Part shown: positions 24,143 through 36,716 of the stretch, one piece after another | How the letters are laid out: every line of letters starts with the position of its first letter | Numbering within the stretch: position 1 is the first letter of the stretch | Source: Eledone cirrhosa | Taxonomy: Eukaryota | Reading direction: 5' to 3' | DNA length: 64,000 nt | Assembly (NCBI GenBank): GCA_964016885.1 | Contig: OZ024762.1 | Coordinates: 28,644,001-28,708,000 of the forward strand | The notes under the pieces: generated by a model | The model's input: the letters and a program-made list of their open reading frames with translations, nothing else | Database searches by the model: none | What the model was told of the DNA's origin: nothing | Program-made: the position numbers and the translations under genes

Positions 24143-25555
24143 ATGGAAAATAAATTGACTAAAGTGTTTAGTATTACTGGTGAGATGACGAAGGTTGAAG
24201 AAGAGAAGCCATATCACTGTGATATCTGTGGTAAATCATTCAATAATCGTAGTACCTTAACTACTCACAAGCATATACATACAGGAGACAAGCCATATCA
24301 CTCTGATATCTGTGGTAAATCATTCAATAAATGTAGTACCTTAACTACTCACAAAGTTATACATACAGGAGATAAGCCATATCATTGTGAAATCTGTGGT
24401 AAATCATTCTCTCGAAGTAGTAATTTAACTACTCACAAACATATACATACTTGTGAGAAGCCATATTGTGATATCTGTGGTAAATCATTCACTGAAAGTA
24501 GCACCTTAATTAAGCACAAACGTATACATACAGGAGATAAGCCACCTTGCTGTGACATCTGTAGTAAATCATTCTCTGATAATAGTACCTTAACTTCTCA
24601 CAAACGAACCCATACAGGTGAGAAACTATATCACTGCGATATCTGTGGTAAATCATTCTCTCAAAGTGGTACCTTAACTAGCCACAAACGTGTACATACA
24701 GGAGACAAGCCATATCACTGTGAGATCTGTGGTATATCATTCTCTGTTAGTAGTACCTTAACTAGACACAAACGTACACATACAGGAGATAAGCCATATC
24801 ACTGTGATATCTGTGGTAAATCATTCTCTCGAAGTAGTCACTTAACTAACCACAAACATATACATACAGGAGACAAGCCATATCACTGTGATATCTGTGA
24901 TAAATCATTCTCTCAAAGTGGTACCTTAACTAGCCACAAACGTACCCATACAGGAGACAAGCCATACCACTGTGATATCTGCGGTAAATCATTTTCACAA
25001 AGTAATGCCTTAACTAGCCACAAACGTATACATACAGGAGACAAGCCATATCACTGTGATATCTGTGGTATATTATTCTCTCAAAGTAATGCCTTAACTA
25101 GCCACAAACGTATACATACAGGAGACAAGCCATACCACTGTGATATCTGTGGTATATCATTCTCTCAAAGTAGTCACTTAAATACTCACATACGTACCCA
25201 TACAGGAGACAAGCCATATCACTGTGATATCTGTGGTAAATCATTCTCTGAAAGTAGTTCCTTAATTAAGCATAAACGTATACATACAGGAGACAAGCCA
25301 TATCACTGTGATATCTGTGGTAAATCATTCTCTGAAAGTAGTTCCTTAATTAAGCATAAACGTACCCATACAGGAGGCAAGCCATATCACTGTGATATCT
25401 GTGGCAAATCATTCTCTCTAATAAGAACCTTAACTAGCCACAAATGTATACATACAGGAGACAAGCCATATCACTGTGATATCTGTGGCAAATCATTCTC
25501 TGGAAAAAGTAGCCTAACTACTCACAAACTTATACATGCAGAAGAGAAATCATAA
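24143..25555 (+). CDS. Tandem C2H2 zinc-finger protein, 16 fingers (finger 2 has C>S); paralog of 1909-3690
   Basis: Open ORF of C2H2 repeats with TGDKPY linkers; same C-terminus HAEEKS. Confidence 0.93.
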   Translation: MENKLTKVFSITGEMTKVEEEKPYHCDICGKSFNNRSTLTTHKHIHTGDKPYHSDICGKSFNKCSTLTTHKVIHTGDKPYHCEICGKSFSRSSNLTTHKHIHTCEKPYCDICGKSFTESSTLIKHKRIHTGDKPPCCDICSKSFSDNSTLTSHKRTHTGEKLYHCDICGKSFSQSGTLTSHKRVHTGDKPYHCEICGISFSVSSTLTRHKRTHTGDKPYHCDICGKSFSRSSHLTNHKHIHTGDKPYHCDICDKSFSQSGTLTSHKRTHTGDKPYHCDICGKSFSQSNALTSHKRIHTGDKPYHCDICGILFSQSNALTSHKRIHTGDKPYHCDICGISFSQSSHLNTHIRTHTGDKPYHCDICGKSFSESSSLIKHKRIHTGDKPYHCDICGKSFSESSSLIKHKRTHTGGKPYHCDICGKSFSLIRTLTSHKCIHTGDKPYHCDICGKSFSGKSSLTTHKLIHAEEKS

Positions 25556-25684
25556 CGCATTGACATTAGTGATAAATCATTACCTCAAATTTGTGAATTA
25601 ATGAGAATACAAATACATATCTTTGTGACATCTGATGGAAATCATTCTCTTTGAATGTTACATTAACTACACACAAACATATAT

Positions 25685-26130
25685 ACTAGACCTGAAAAAT
25701 GTGCAAGCTCAAAAGAGCCTCAGAATGTTATAATAAACCTTCAAAAGTGTGTGACTAGAGTTGTTGCTCAAAAATTTTGTAATCATTATTTATCGTACAT
25801 TCTGTGGCATCCTTTTATAAAAAAGAGACTCATAACGAACTCAAGACGACACAATAATTATTTAAGCTAATGTTTAATATCTCATATTAGATGTTTAGTA
25901 ATGATTAATACGAAATGCACTTAAACCAAATTCTATATTATAAATTCACTTAAATAATTTTCATGTCGTCTTGAGTTCGTTATGAGTCTCTTTTTTATAA
26001 AAGAAGGCCACAGAGTGTACGATAGATAATGATTACAATATTTTTGAGCAACAACTCTAGTCCCACACTTTTGAAGGTTTATTATAACATTCCGTGGCTC
26101 TTTTGAGCTTACGCATTTTTCAGGTCTAGT
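25685..26130. mobile_element. Foldback/MITE-like element (duplicated copy)
   Basis: Same inverted arms as 3820-4253. Confidence 0.85.
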
Positions 26131-27493
26131 TTAATATTTTTTTAAGGCAACGCTTGTAATAACTCTAGTTAAACATGATATATATTAATAATCAATTATA
26201 GTTGTAATGTAATTAGATTATATAATTGTTATTTTATAAATGATCTTATAAATATTATTGTAAGATGTATTAAAATATTTTCAGACTTTTAATATAAATA
26301 ACTACAAAAAACAATCAATATTAAATAAATATATTTTACATAATTGTTATAGTTGCATTAATAAAAATTAAATATTACATACAAATAGTCTAACATAATA
26401 ATAATAAAATAATTTAACATAAAACGAACAATATGGACGTATATACAAGAAAATATGATACAACCAATATTATAAGCATGTTATAACGAACTGAAAAAAA
26501 TAGTTAATATAAATTAAAAAAATCATATATAAATTAACTATATAACTTACCAAAAAGGGAAAAATATTTTGATGATAAACGACGAAATACAGGAGGAAGA
26601 TACGAAAGCGAAACAATAAATAAACGTGCAAACAAAGTAGCGGATGCTTTTGAGCAACAATTACTCTCATTGGTTGATTAGCCAATAAGACGATCAAATT
26701 AGCCAGTAAGACGATACATTACAAAACATGTTTGGGAGGGATCACCACGGCCAGCAAAACTCCTTGAATTTTTTATTCACAAGCTACGCATATATGTCAG
26801 AACGCGCAGACTTACAACATTCTGTTGTTAGTCACTGCGTGTCTAACAGATATATTTATGAGTGTATATGTATGTGTGTAGAAATTTCTGTCCATGAATA
26901 TGATTGTATCTTTATTTGTGTATAGGTATATCTATATGTGAGTATGTATATGTACGTGTGTATAATTATGTGTATCTGTCTGTACGTATGTGTATGTTTA
27001 TATGTGTTTTTATATACATGTGTGCACATCTGGATATATGTTCAGTGTCTGTTCTAGCTCTCTCAGTACAAATCCCACTGAGGTGAAGTTGCTTATATAT
27101 TTTGAGGTCCATAAATGAAATACCAGTAAAATACTGAGGTTGATTCTTCCTGTTTGTCATTGTCTGTCTGTCTACTCTTCTCCCTCTCTCTCTCTATATA
27201 TATGAACGCAACACTTGCCTCTAAATTGGACAAACCCGTCCAACCCATGCTAGCGTGGAAGATAGACATTAATCGATGATGATGATATCTAGGGATTGTA
27301 TCATTATTACCACAACAGAAGTCTGATGAGCTATTGATTTTAGAGTCAGGCTAGATCGAACCTTGAGCTGATCGATAGCAAAACGTGCTTCACTGCTCAA
27401 TAAACGTAATGAAGACATGACAAACCTTCCTTTATATATATTTATATATACACATATATATATATTTCTATTGGTGCTTTAAGATAGTGACGT

Positions 27494-27885
27494 ATATATG
27501 AATGTATGTATTGTATATTTAATAATATACTGTATGTTTAGTTAAAAACACTTTGAAGGCCTTTTGCTATGAATTTAAGGTAGTAACTATAGTCACACAC
27601 CTGGCTTCAGCAAAACCAAAGGGAAATAACCAACGATTGTTTCTCACTTTTTAATGGTTATCAAGGTTATATATCCCTTATTTTTGCTGTGAGCTGTAGA
27701 AGGTGGATTCTTATAGAATTACAATTATGTTTATGCGCTGTTTAAACTCATTAACATACAGGTTGCCTGAAGCTAGGTATGTGACGTCTGTCAATACCTT
27801 AAATTCATAGTGCAGGGCCTTCAAAATGTTTTTAGATAAACATACAGTATATTATTAAATATACAATACCTACATTCATATATAC
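27494..27885. mobile_element. Older MITE-like element with ~120-bp imperfect inverted arms
   Basis: GTATATATGAATGTA..TTGTATATTTAATAATATACTGTATGTTTA and its reverse complement at 27770-27885; one arm recurs at about 38090-38165. Confidence 0.65.
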
Positions 27886-28662
27886 ATCTATATATATAAA
27901 ACAGAGGATGTCTGTTTCCCTAAAACTCGAGAAGTACCCAACCGTTTTTTTTCAAACTTTATACATGTAACTCGTGTGACCCCGGAAGTGTTTTGAGCAA
28001 AAAAAATTTCAAATTTTCAATGCCCTAGGAACCGCATTAGGCGATTTAGCGATCTCTTTCTCTTTCTCTTAGTCTTTCTCTTTTTAGATTGATACATAGA
28101 TATGACGTCGCGCCTTTATAATATCTGTCTGTATGCCTGACGGTCTACATTACATCATTATGACGCGATCAGTGTGTGTGTGTATATATATTCTTATGCC
28201 AGGGAACGTCTTCACGAACCAAAGTATCGTCTTCCTGTTTTCCAGATTGATTTTTTTTAGTTTCAGAAGATCCCGTTAAGGTTGAAAGCAGCGATTCTTT
28301 GCTTAAACATTAATATGTTATTTTAATATAGATATTCGTGTACAGATATTTTTGCATACACAAAAACAAAATATAAACAAAGGCCAAAGATTACATCAAT
28401 TAGTCTTAGTGTACTGCATACTGCTTTTAGGTAGAATATCCCGTTAAGGGTGAAAGCAGTGATTCTTTGCTTAAACTTTAGTCTGTTATTTTAATATATA
28501 TATATATATAATTAGATTTTGAGTTTATGTTGGTTGTATACCAACACCTCAGTATGCAGGCTGGAGCACTCGACGAAGTGCGCAGGTTGGTTTGGTTACT
28601 CCGGAGTAGTGTAAAATAAAGTTAAATAAAAGTCAAATGATTAAAATTTAGCTTCGTTTATT

Positions 28663-28717
28663 ACTGCTATATATATTTCAGTGACAGCCATCTTTGGCTG
28701 TGACCTCTTCAGGCAGT
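28663..28717 (-). ncRNA. Type I hammerhead ribozyme motif (mirror copy)
   Basis: Reverse complement of 30080-30134. Confidence 0.82.
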
Positions 28718-30079
28718 TTGAATTAGTATGGTATAGACAAGTACATATGTTGTTTAGGTGTATAATATTGTCAATACTCTGATATGCCCAGTTCCTTGTT
28801 GGGTTGTTATTTCACTGAGGAACTGGAGTCATATGAATTCAAACAAACGAATTTCAGTGTCAAAGGTCCTCTTCTCTCATTGGTCAGTTATTAGAACATT
28901 CCTCATTCTAAGTGTTGTTATTGTTGGAGTTAGCTTAAAAAATTGATAAAATGGTAGAAGGGACAAGGTGTTAAAGGAACAAAATAACAAAAAAAGTGTC
29001 AAACTTCCCATTGGTCAGTTCTGAGAGCATTCCTCAGTCAGAAGTCTATAGAATTCTTTCTGGGGTGAGGCTCCCTGTAGTGTTTTTGCTTGCTATTGTT
29101 CAGTACATTTGACCTCTACCATTATTTTGGTAGTGTTGTTGGTGTTGTGGTCAGCTTATATCTTGCTGCTGCTAACAATTTAGAAGTATCCAGTGTGTGT
29201 TTTTTCTTCATCCCTCCTGCCACCACCATAGTGGTGGTGGGGCGGGGGTTCTTCCATGTATATGAAGAAATATAAGGCAATAAATGAAGAAAACAGAAAA
29301 TAAATAATATAATAAAATAATTAATATAATTTGTATAATTTGAAAATAAATAAATAAATAGAGAATAAAGAATAAATGAAAAATTGGTGAAAAAGTAATG
29401 AAAATGAATATGGAGAAGTGAAAAATAATGTAGGATAAAGTGTGTGTGTGCTATAACCAATCTCAAGGTCAGAAATATGTTGGATAGATTGGTATGAGGA
29501 CAAGATGTTAAGATAAGATAATCAAACTAAATGTGTTTGTGTTATAATCAATCTCAACTTAAAAATAAATATACGGTGATACAGTGAAGAGGGCAGAAAA
29601 CATAAATTAATAAAGAGAAATCAAGATTTAAAATTGGAACTTGAAAATCAGAAATCTAGTAAATTAAAAAGTGTTTGTGTTATATAGATGTTGGCCAAAT
29701 TGTAATGGCTGTGTCCGATTCTATCTCTAGGCTATCATGGTGTCTGCTCAGCCTGGGTTGTTCCCTATGGCTTGAGGGGAGTTCACAACCTAGGGTGTTG
29801 TTACTGCCCATATAGTTTGAGGGAGGTCTGGCCGAGAGGTGTTTTCATGTTCTGTAGAAGTCCCTATAGCTTGAGGGGAGTTCACATCTTCTTGTGTTGC
29901 TACTGTCCATATATCTTGAGAAAGGTCCCGGCTTTGACACTGAAATTCGTTTGTTTGAATTCATATGACTCCAGTTCCTCAGTGAAATAACAACCCAACA
30001 AGGAACTGGGCATATCAGAGTATTGACAATATTATACACCTCAACAACATATGTACTTGTCTATACCATACTAATTCAA

Positions 30080-30134
30080 ACTGCCTGAAGAGGTCACAGC
30101 CAAAGATGGCTGTCACTGAAATATATATAGCAGT
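30080..30134 (+). ncRNA. Type I hammerhead ribozyme motif
   Basis: ACTGC-CTGAAGA-GGTCACAGCCA-AAGA-TGGCTGTCACT-GAAA-TATATA-TA-GCAGT then AATAAA. Confidence 0.85.
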
Positions 30135-30342
30135 AATAAACGAAGCTAAATTTTAATCATTTGACTTTTATTTAACTTTATTTTATATATATAATTATAT
30201 ATTTATGGACAGATTTTTTGCATACACAATAACAAAATATAAACAAACGTATTTATTTTACGAGGTTCGATAAGGATAAATATATATCAAATATATAAGA
30301 ACCCTGTAGCAAATCCCGAGCAACGCAGGGCCATTCTGTTAG

Positions 30343-30975
30343 TATATATATAAAACTAAGGATGTGTGTGTGTGTGTGAGTTTGAATCCCTAAAATTCAA
30401 AAAGTACCCAACTGATTTTTTTCAAACTTTACATGTGTATTTATTATATTTTAGGGAGTCTTATGCACATTTAAAAAATCAACTTTTTGATTCCCTAGGG
30501 CCCGCAGTAGGTGAAAACTGCGTTTTTTAAGCTTTTTAGGGTTTTTTGAGGTGTTACGTCAGACTGATTTCCTTGAAATTGTAACTATGTATTAGTCAGT
30601 CTCTTCTTCATACCGTCAGCAAATAAAATCCAACTTTTTTATGGCCTAGGGCCTGCATTAGGTGAAAAACTTCATTTTTTCAGGTTTTTAGAGCCTTTTT
30701 GAGGTGTTACGTCTAGCTGATTTTCCCGAAATTTCAAGGCATATTATGCATATATAAAATATTCATTCTCTTGATCCCCTAGGGCCCGCATTAGGTGAAA
30801 ACCTGCATTTTTTCCTGCTTCATCGAGGAAAATCTTAAAGATTATCCAGCCATCAGAGTATTCGGTTTATTTTCTTTACATATTGTCGAGGCATGCAGTT
30901 TTTCCACGATTAGGTCTGTTGGCGGCCCGCGTTCCAAAATACCTTATCCCATGCAACGCCGGGTACCACTGCTAG
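30343..30975 (+). mobile_element. Second non-autonomous Helitron, head-to-tail with the first
   Basis: 5' similar to 27890-28040; internal CCTAGGGCCCGCATTAGGTGAAAA repeats; 3' CCCATGCAACGCCGGG...CTAG|T. Confidence 0.7.
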
Positions 30976-31515
30976 TATATATATAAACTTAAGAAAATTA
31001 ACAAATTGAGGACCAGACAAATGAAAACAAGGCAAAACGATAAAACATTTTTTTAAGGGGAAACCGTAAAAATAATTTTTTGAAAATGTAAATACAAATG
31101 AAAAACACAGAACTCCAGGTTTATCAGCTGTTGAGATGGACCTTGCCAGTTTCAACCCCTACCAATGGTACTGCTTGTACACCCGGAGTGAGAGGAGGTT
31201 GCAAATATTAAAATATGTACATCAGATCTCAGACCACCTGCAGTTTCAACGATTTATCTGAGATTACTGCAAAGAATGGGAGGCTCGTAACAATGGAGAA
31301 ATAAATATCTTCGTTAGTACCCATTCTATTTCTTCCTATCATTTCTTCAAGTCAACTCACATTGAGCCGCTGATTTCTGTCCCTCGAGGTAATGTTTTAC
31401 CCAACACCACTTCAATGGTATTTTATGCTGAGTTTTTCTACTTTCCTACAAATTCTAATACACTGGCATTTTAAAACTCGATATCCGAGTTAATATTCTT
31501 TATATATATATATAT

Positions 31516-31809
31516 TTAGGGCAGGTAAAATTCCCAAGATCCATGGATGAGTTCTCTCCAGCGGTCTCTCTCCCTCATCATCGCTGCCATCTCCTGTGTC
31601 TCCAAGAGACCAGTGTCTGTCCTTAGCGCATCAATATATGTCAACCTCGGTCTCCATCTTCTAGTGTGTCCGTGCAAGGGCTCCCACAGGAGCACTGAGT
31701 GCAGTATCAACTCTGAATGTCGGTCAGTATGTCCAGCTAACCTCAGTCTCCTCTGTGTTACTTTTGAGGCGACTTTAGGGAAGCTCCCATAAAGCTCTGA
31801 GTTCTTCAT
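31516..31809 (-). mobile_element. 3' fragment of a different non-LTR retrotransposon family
   Basis: QRRLRLAGH..RH.E....VLLWEPLHG..R..RPRLTYID.L..DTG; flanked by (TA)n. Confidence 0.75.
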
Positions 31810-32699
31810 ATATGTATATATTGTTATACTTGGCGAGGGTCATATTGTTTTAATATTGCCAGAAATAATAACAGAACACACTCGCTGTTTGGTTTGGGTT
31901 GGTTTTCGCTTCTGTGTCTTTTATATCTCCATAGTTAATTTATCTGGCAATCAATGTTTATCATTGACTGACCAACGGTTAAAAATACAGATATAAATAT
32001 ATATATATTTGTTATGCTGGCTAAATTATGCCCCAAATTCGAGGACTTTATTTAAACTCTTAACCTCTGCTCCCTCCTATCTTCAACCCCCCCCCCCCTC
32101 TATATCATGCTGGTTCCCCGCCAATCCCTTCCCCTCTCTCGAAACATAAAATAAATCCGGCAAGTACGAAACCTTAAAAATCGCCAACCCTCTTCAAGAA
32201 AGGCTGCTATCATGGTGTAATGTAACGTACAAATATTTCTTCACGCTTCTCACCATTTTAATTCCTTAGTCCATTCATCATTCTGTATCATTTCTCCCCG
32301 AATCCAATCTTTGCTTTTCTATTCGATAATTCTAGCGTATTTTTCAAAACAAATCTTGTATTATTGTTTTATGCTTGTTAAATGATGCCCAAGATACAGG
32401 GATCTTATTTAAACCTTAACCTTCTCGCTAACTACCCAATACCCCTCCCACCTGCCCCCACTCACCACCATTATTACGTGGGCCAATCATAAGTCAGCGG
32501 CCTATGCTATCACTTACCTGGTTGCCTTTCGATATGATGGATGGACTACGGAATTCTGGAGAGTTGAAAAGAAAAATCTGGACGCTCAGTGACGATGCCA
32601 AAGATAAAGACAAATTCACCTCATGGACGAGAATGCAAGGACTCCTCTTTGTTTCGGCCGCGGATGGCTAACATAACCCCCCCCCCCCTCCAAACGCAA

Positions 32700-35600
32700 T
32701 CCAAAACTTCAGAATGTAGGCACCTTAAAGGGTCGCTCTAATGAGGTTGTAGAAATGCTTGAACGTAAGGAGGTCGATGTTTGTTGTATTCAAGAGACCA
32801 GGTGGAGGGGTGGGTCTGCTAGATTCATTGTGGGTAAATAACGATGCTATAAGCTTTTCTGGGTGGGAAATGACAATGGGCTGGGTGGAGTAGGAATCAT
32901 GGTAGCAGAAAAGTGGGCAGATAAGATAATAGAGTGAACGACAATAATTAAAATAAGACTTGTCCTCAATAGAACTACGGTGACAGTAATATCTGCGTAC
33001 GCACCCCAATCCGGACTGCCCGGCACTATAAAAGACAGATTCTATGAGACACTGATGCTCACTACCTCCCAAATAACCGACAGTGACTATATAATTATTG
33101 CTGGCGACCTAAATGGTCACGTTGGACAACATTGTGACGGCTATGACGGAATCCATGGAGGCTATGGGTTTGGTACTAGAAATGAGGAAGGCTCCAGAAT
33201 CCTGGAATTCTGCGACGCAAATAACCTATCTGTAACACTAACTTCGAAAAATGAGACAATCACTTGATCACCTATAGATCGGGGGAACACACAAGCCAGG
33301 TAGATTATATCCTTACCAGGAGACGTGACAGAGTGTCTGTTGTAAACACTAAATCCCTCCCCCATGAAGAATGCACGTCTCAACATATACTCATAATTAG
33401 CGACCTCATAGTCAGGACGAGACGTATTCGACAACAGAAGAGGACTATCCTCAGGAGAAAAATATGGAAATTAAAGGACCCCACAGCCAGTCATAAATTT
33501 AAAAGCATATTACTTGATGCTTTTGATAGTAAGGAAGAGCAATTAGAGTCGTACAATATAGAGGAACAGTGGGAATTCCTGAAAGCTAACCTGCTGAAGG
33601 CGACAGATGAAACCTGTGGCTGGAGCAGGCCTATAGGCAGGATGAGAGTAACTTGGTGGTGGAACAGTAAGGTGGAGAGGTTAATCAAGGCCAAAAAGCA
33701 GGCTTGGAAAGCATGGCGGGATAGGGGAAGTAGAGAAGACTATCAAGTGGCCAGGAGGGAAGCTAAGAGACAAGTGTACTTCGCAAGAAGGGAAGCAGAG
33801 GAAAGAAAGTTCAAGCATGTTCTACAACGCAAGGACCAAAAACGTGAGGTGTTCAGGATTGCTAGGCAATGTGTCAAGGAAAACCGTGATATTGTCGGGG
33901 AGAAGTGTCCTAAATGATGATGGTGTACTTGCCATCACTGACGCTGATAAGAAGGTCACTACGAAAGGCTACTAAATGAGGAGAATAATTGGGAGAAAGA
34001 CAGTCTCCCCAACATCGACCCAATAGAGGGACCAGCAGTGCAAGTTGAAGGTAGTATAATAAGTAAGGCGATCAAAGACATGAAGACAGGCAAGGCGGCT
34101 GGGCCTTCGGAAATGGTTGCCGAAATGCTGAAAGCATCTGGAACGGTGGGACACACTATGGTCACCCGGATAGTAAACCAAGTCATACAGAATGGGGTCG
34201 TTCCGAAGCACTGGCGCAGCAGCATCATCATTAACTGCTACAAGGGTAAAGGTGATGCCCTAGATAGGGGAAACTATAGAGGCATTAAATTAATTGACCA
34301 GGTCATGAAGGTCACAGAAAAAGTAATAGCGCAACTAATCAGAGAGCGAATTGATCTAGATGAAATGCAGTTCGGGTTTGTGTCAGGTAAAAGTACAACA
34401 GACGCTCTTTTCATTGTACGACAACTACAGGAGAAGTACCTAGCTAAAAGTAAACCCCTATACTTAGCTTTTGTTGACTTGAAGAAAGCCTTTGACAGAG
34501 TACCCCGCTCGATTATCTGGTGGGCCCTTAGAAAATTAGGTGTTGATGAATGGCTTGTGAGAGCTATACAAGCCATGTATAAAGAAACAGTCAGCAAGGT
34601 TAGAATTAACAGCGAATATAGTGAAGAGTTTAGCGTAAAAGTTGGTGTTCATCAGGGCTCCGTATTTATTATTGCCCTTCAGGCTATAACAGAGGAGTTC
34701 AAGACCGGCTGCCCATGGGAACTCCTATATGCAGATGATCTAACGCTCATAGCTGAATCAATGGCTGAACTAGAGAAGAAATTCCAAACATGGAAGCATG
34801 GCCTAGAATCAAAAGGCCTTAAAATTAACCTGTCAAAGACTAAAGTTCTAGTTTGTAGGAAGGAAAGTAAGGCACTGGTCCCATCTGGGAAATGGCCATG
34901 CTCAGTGTGTAGGAAAGGAGTAGGTAGAAACTCCATTTTATGTCCCAAATGCAAAGTATGGGTACATAAAAGATGTAGTGGGATCACAGGTAAGCTATTG
35001 CACAGATGGTTCTATAGAAATAGTGCATAGCTTCCGTTACCTGGGTGACAAAATCAGCAGTGGGGGAGAGTGCTCTGAAAGTACAGTAGCTAGATTCAAC
35101 AGGATGGAAAAAGTTCAGAGAGCTTATACCACTATTGGCCGCTAAAGGGTTCTCTCTAAAAATGAAAGGCAGGCTGTATGATGCCTGCATATGAACAGCA
35201 ATGTTACATGGCAGTGAGACCTGGGCATTGTGTGCAGAGGATATACGCAGACTGGAGAGAAACGAAGCTTGCTGCTCCGCTGGATGTGTAATAGTAATAT
35301 ACGTGAACGGCAAAGCATAAACAAACTAAGGGAGAAATTAGAAATAAGAGGGATCAGATGTTGTTTACTCGAGAGAAGACTACGTTGGTATGGTCACGTG
35401 ATGCGCATGAAAGACGACAGCTGTATAAAAAGAGTGCAGGGCAATAAAAATAGACGGTAGCCACGGAGTAGGCAGACCCAGAAAAACCTGGGACGACTTG
35501 ATAAATTCCGACCTCACACACTTACACCTCTCCAAGACAATGTCACTGGACCGAGATCTTTGGCGCTACACAGTAATAGAGAAGACCCGCCTTACCTAAG

Positions 35601-35966
35601 TGAAAAGTGAAACCTACTACAGTCAGTAGGCACCTCTAACAAAATACACCCCCGTCCCACTACCTCCACCCCTCTCAATGTAAAGTTATGTTGGTACCAC
35701 AGCATCCAGCCCAAAACACGAGGTCGTGTAGGTGTCACGACAAAAAAACACACAGTCCACGCTGTAATGTGGCCGTGTAGGTAACACGGTAAAAACCTCC
35801 CAGTTCCACACTGTAAATGTGGTTGGTGTTAGGAAGGGCATCCAGCCGTAGAAAACCCGCCAGACAGTCCTATGCGAGCAAGACAACCACTCTTGCCTCA
35901 AGTGGGAAAACTCCCGTCCAAACCCATGCGAGCGTGGAATATGGACGTTAAACGATGATGATGATA
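32700..35966 (+). mobile_element. Near full-length but frameshifted RTE LINE (5' UTR may reach about 32020)
   Basis: APE (IQETRW, SAYAPQ, GDLNGH, SQVDYIL), RT (YADD), RRLRWYGH, (GAT)n tail; several indels. Confidence 0.93.
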
Positions 35967-36665
35967 GTCTATCAAAGTTCTTTCGACACACATCCGTGGC
36001 TCCCGATTCTGTCCATTTGGTTGTAGCCAGAGAACTGCATGCAGTTGATGAAGTCTTGGATGTGTCTTTCATTTCTGTTGGGTCACACATGCGGGACACA
36101 TTCTTCATCACTCTTACCAAGTCTGCAATCAGAATATTAAACTTAGCACTACTGGACATTGCTGAGTTTTTGAGCATCAGGTATTTGGAGGCCATGGGTT
36201 TAGCGTAGTGTGAGTGGAGAATTTGAGCCCTCTCGTCTGTAGTGTTTAACCAGAGTTCCGTGTCTAATACAGGTAGTCTATTGTTAGGGTGTTTGGAAGG
36301 GTAGTCGATAGTTACAGTTATACTCTGGTGTATGGAGTTAGCTATCTGCTGGATGCGCTCCATTGTGCTATCTTCTAATTTATGTTTATTAGCACTCTCT
36401 TGTGGGGGTGTGGTCTTATTACTATATTGATATCGTCTACGTAACGAGAGTACATGACGAGGGCTATGGAGTTCTCTGAGAAAAATGGTCGCACATGCAA
36501 TAGGGGCTAGTATTAAAATTAACCTAAATGGCCATATGTTTAAATTTAATGATAAAGTCTACACCCAGAATGAGGGAGCAGCGATTGTCGTCAGTATAGC
36601 TGGCGATGTTGCCAATCTGTTTATGGGATGGTGGGAGAGGAGACTCAGAGAACTCCTAGAAGATA
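35967..36665. mobile_element. Penelope-like RT fragment with inverted 5' piece
   Basis: Minus strand YSRYVDDI...ANSIHQSITVT..LPVLD..HYAKP; plus strand 36520-36660 FKFNDKVYTQNEGAAI.....VANLFM. Confidence 0.8.
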
Positions 36666-36716
36666 GTGCCTCTACGACTCCAAAAGGAGTTATGGGATCT
36701 TTATCGTTTTTTATCT

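Larger units (their letters stand above)
22117..26140 (+). repeat. Segmental duplication copy B (ZNF locus)
   Basis: Matches 1-4263. Confidence 0.95.
28612..30185 (+). mobile_element. Non-coding Penelope-like/retrozyme-like element with 254-bp inverted pLTRs
   Basis: 28612-28865 is almost the exact reverse complement of 29932-30185; each has a hammerhead followed by AATAAA. Confidence 0.8.
27887..30342 (+). mobile_element. Non-autonomous Helitron interrupted by a Penelope-like insert
   Basis: 5' A|TCTATATATATAAAAC; 3' hairpin CCCGAGCAACGCAGGG followed by GTTAG|T. Confidence 0.65.

Noticed and set aside
35686-36363. Novel 225-aa protein
   Set aside because: Chimeric read-through from a Penelope RT fragment into the antisense RTE 3' UTR
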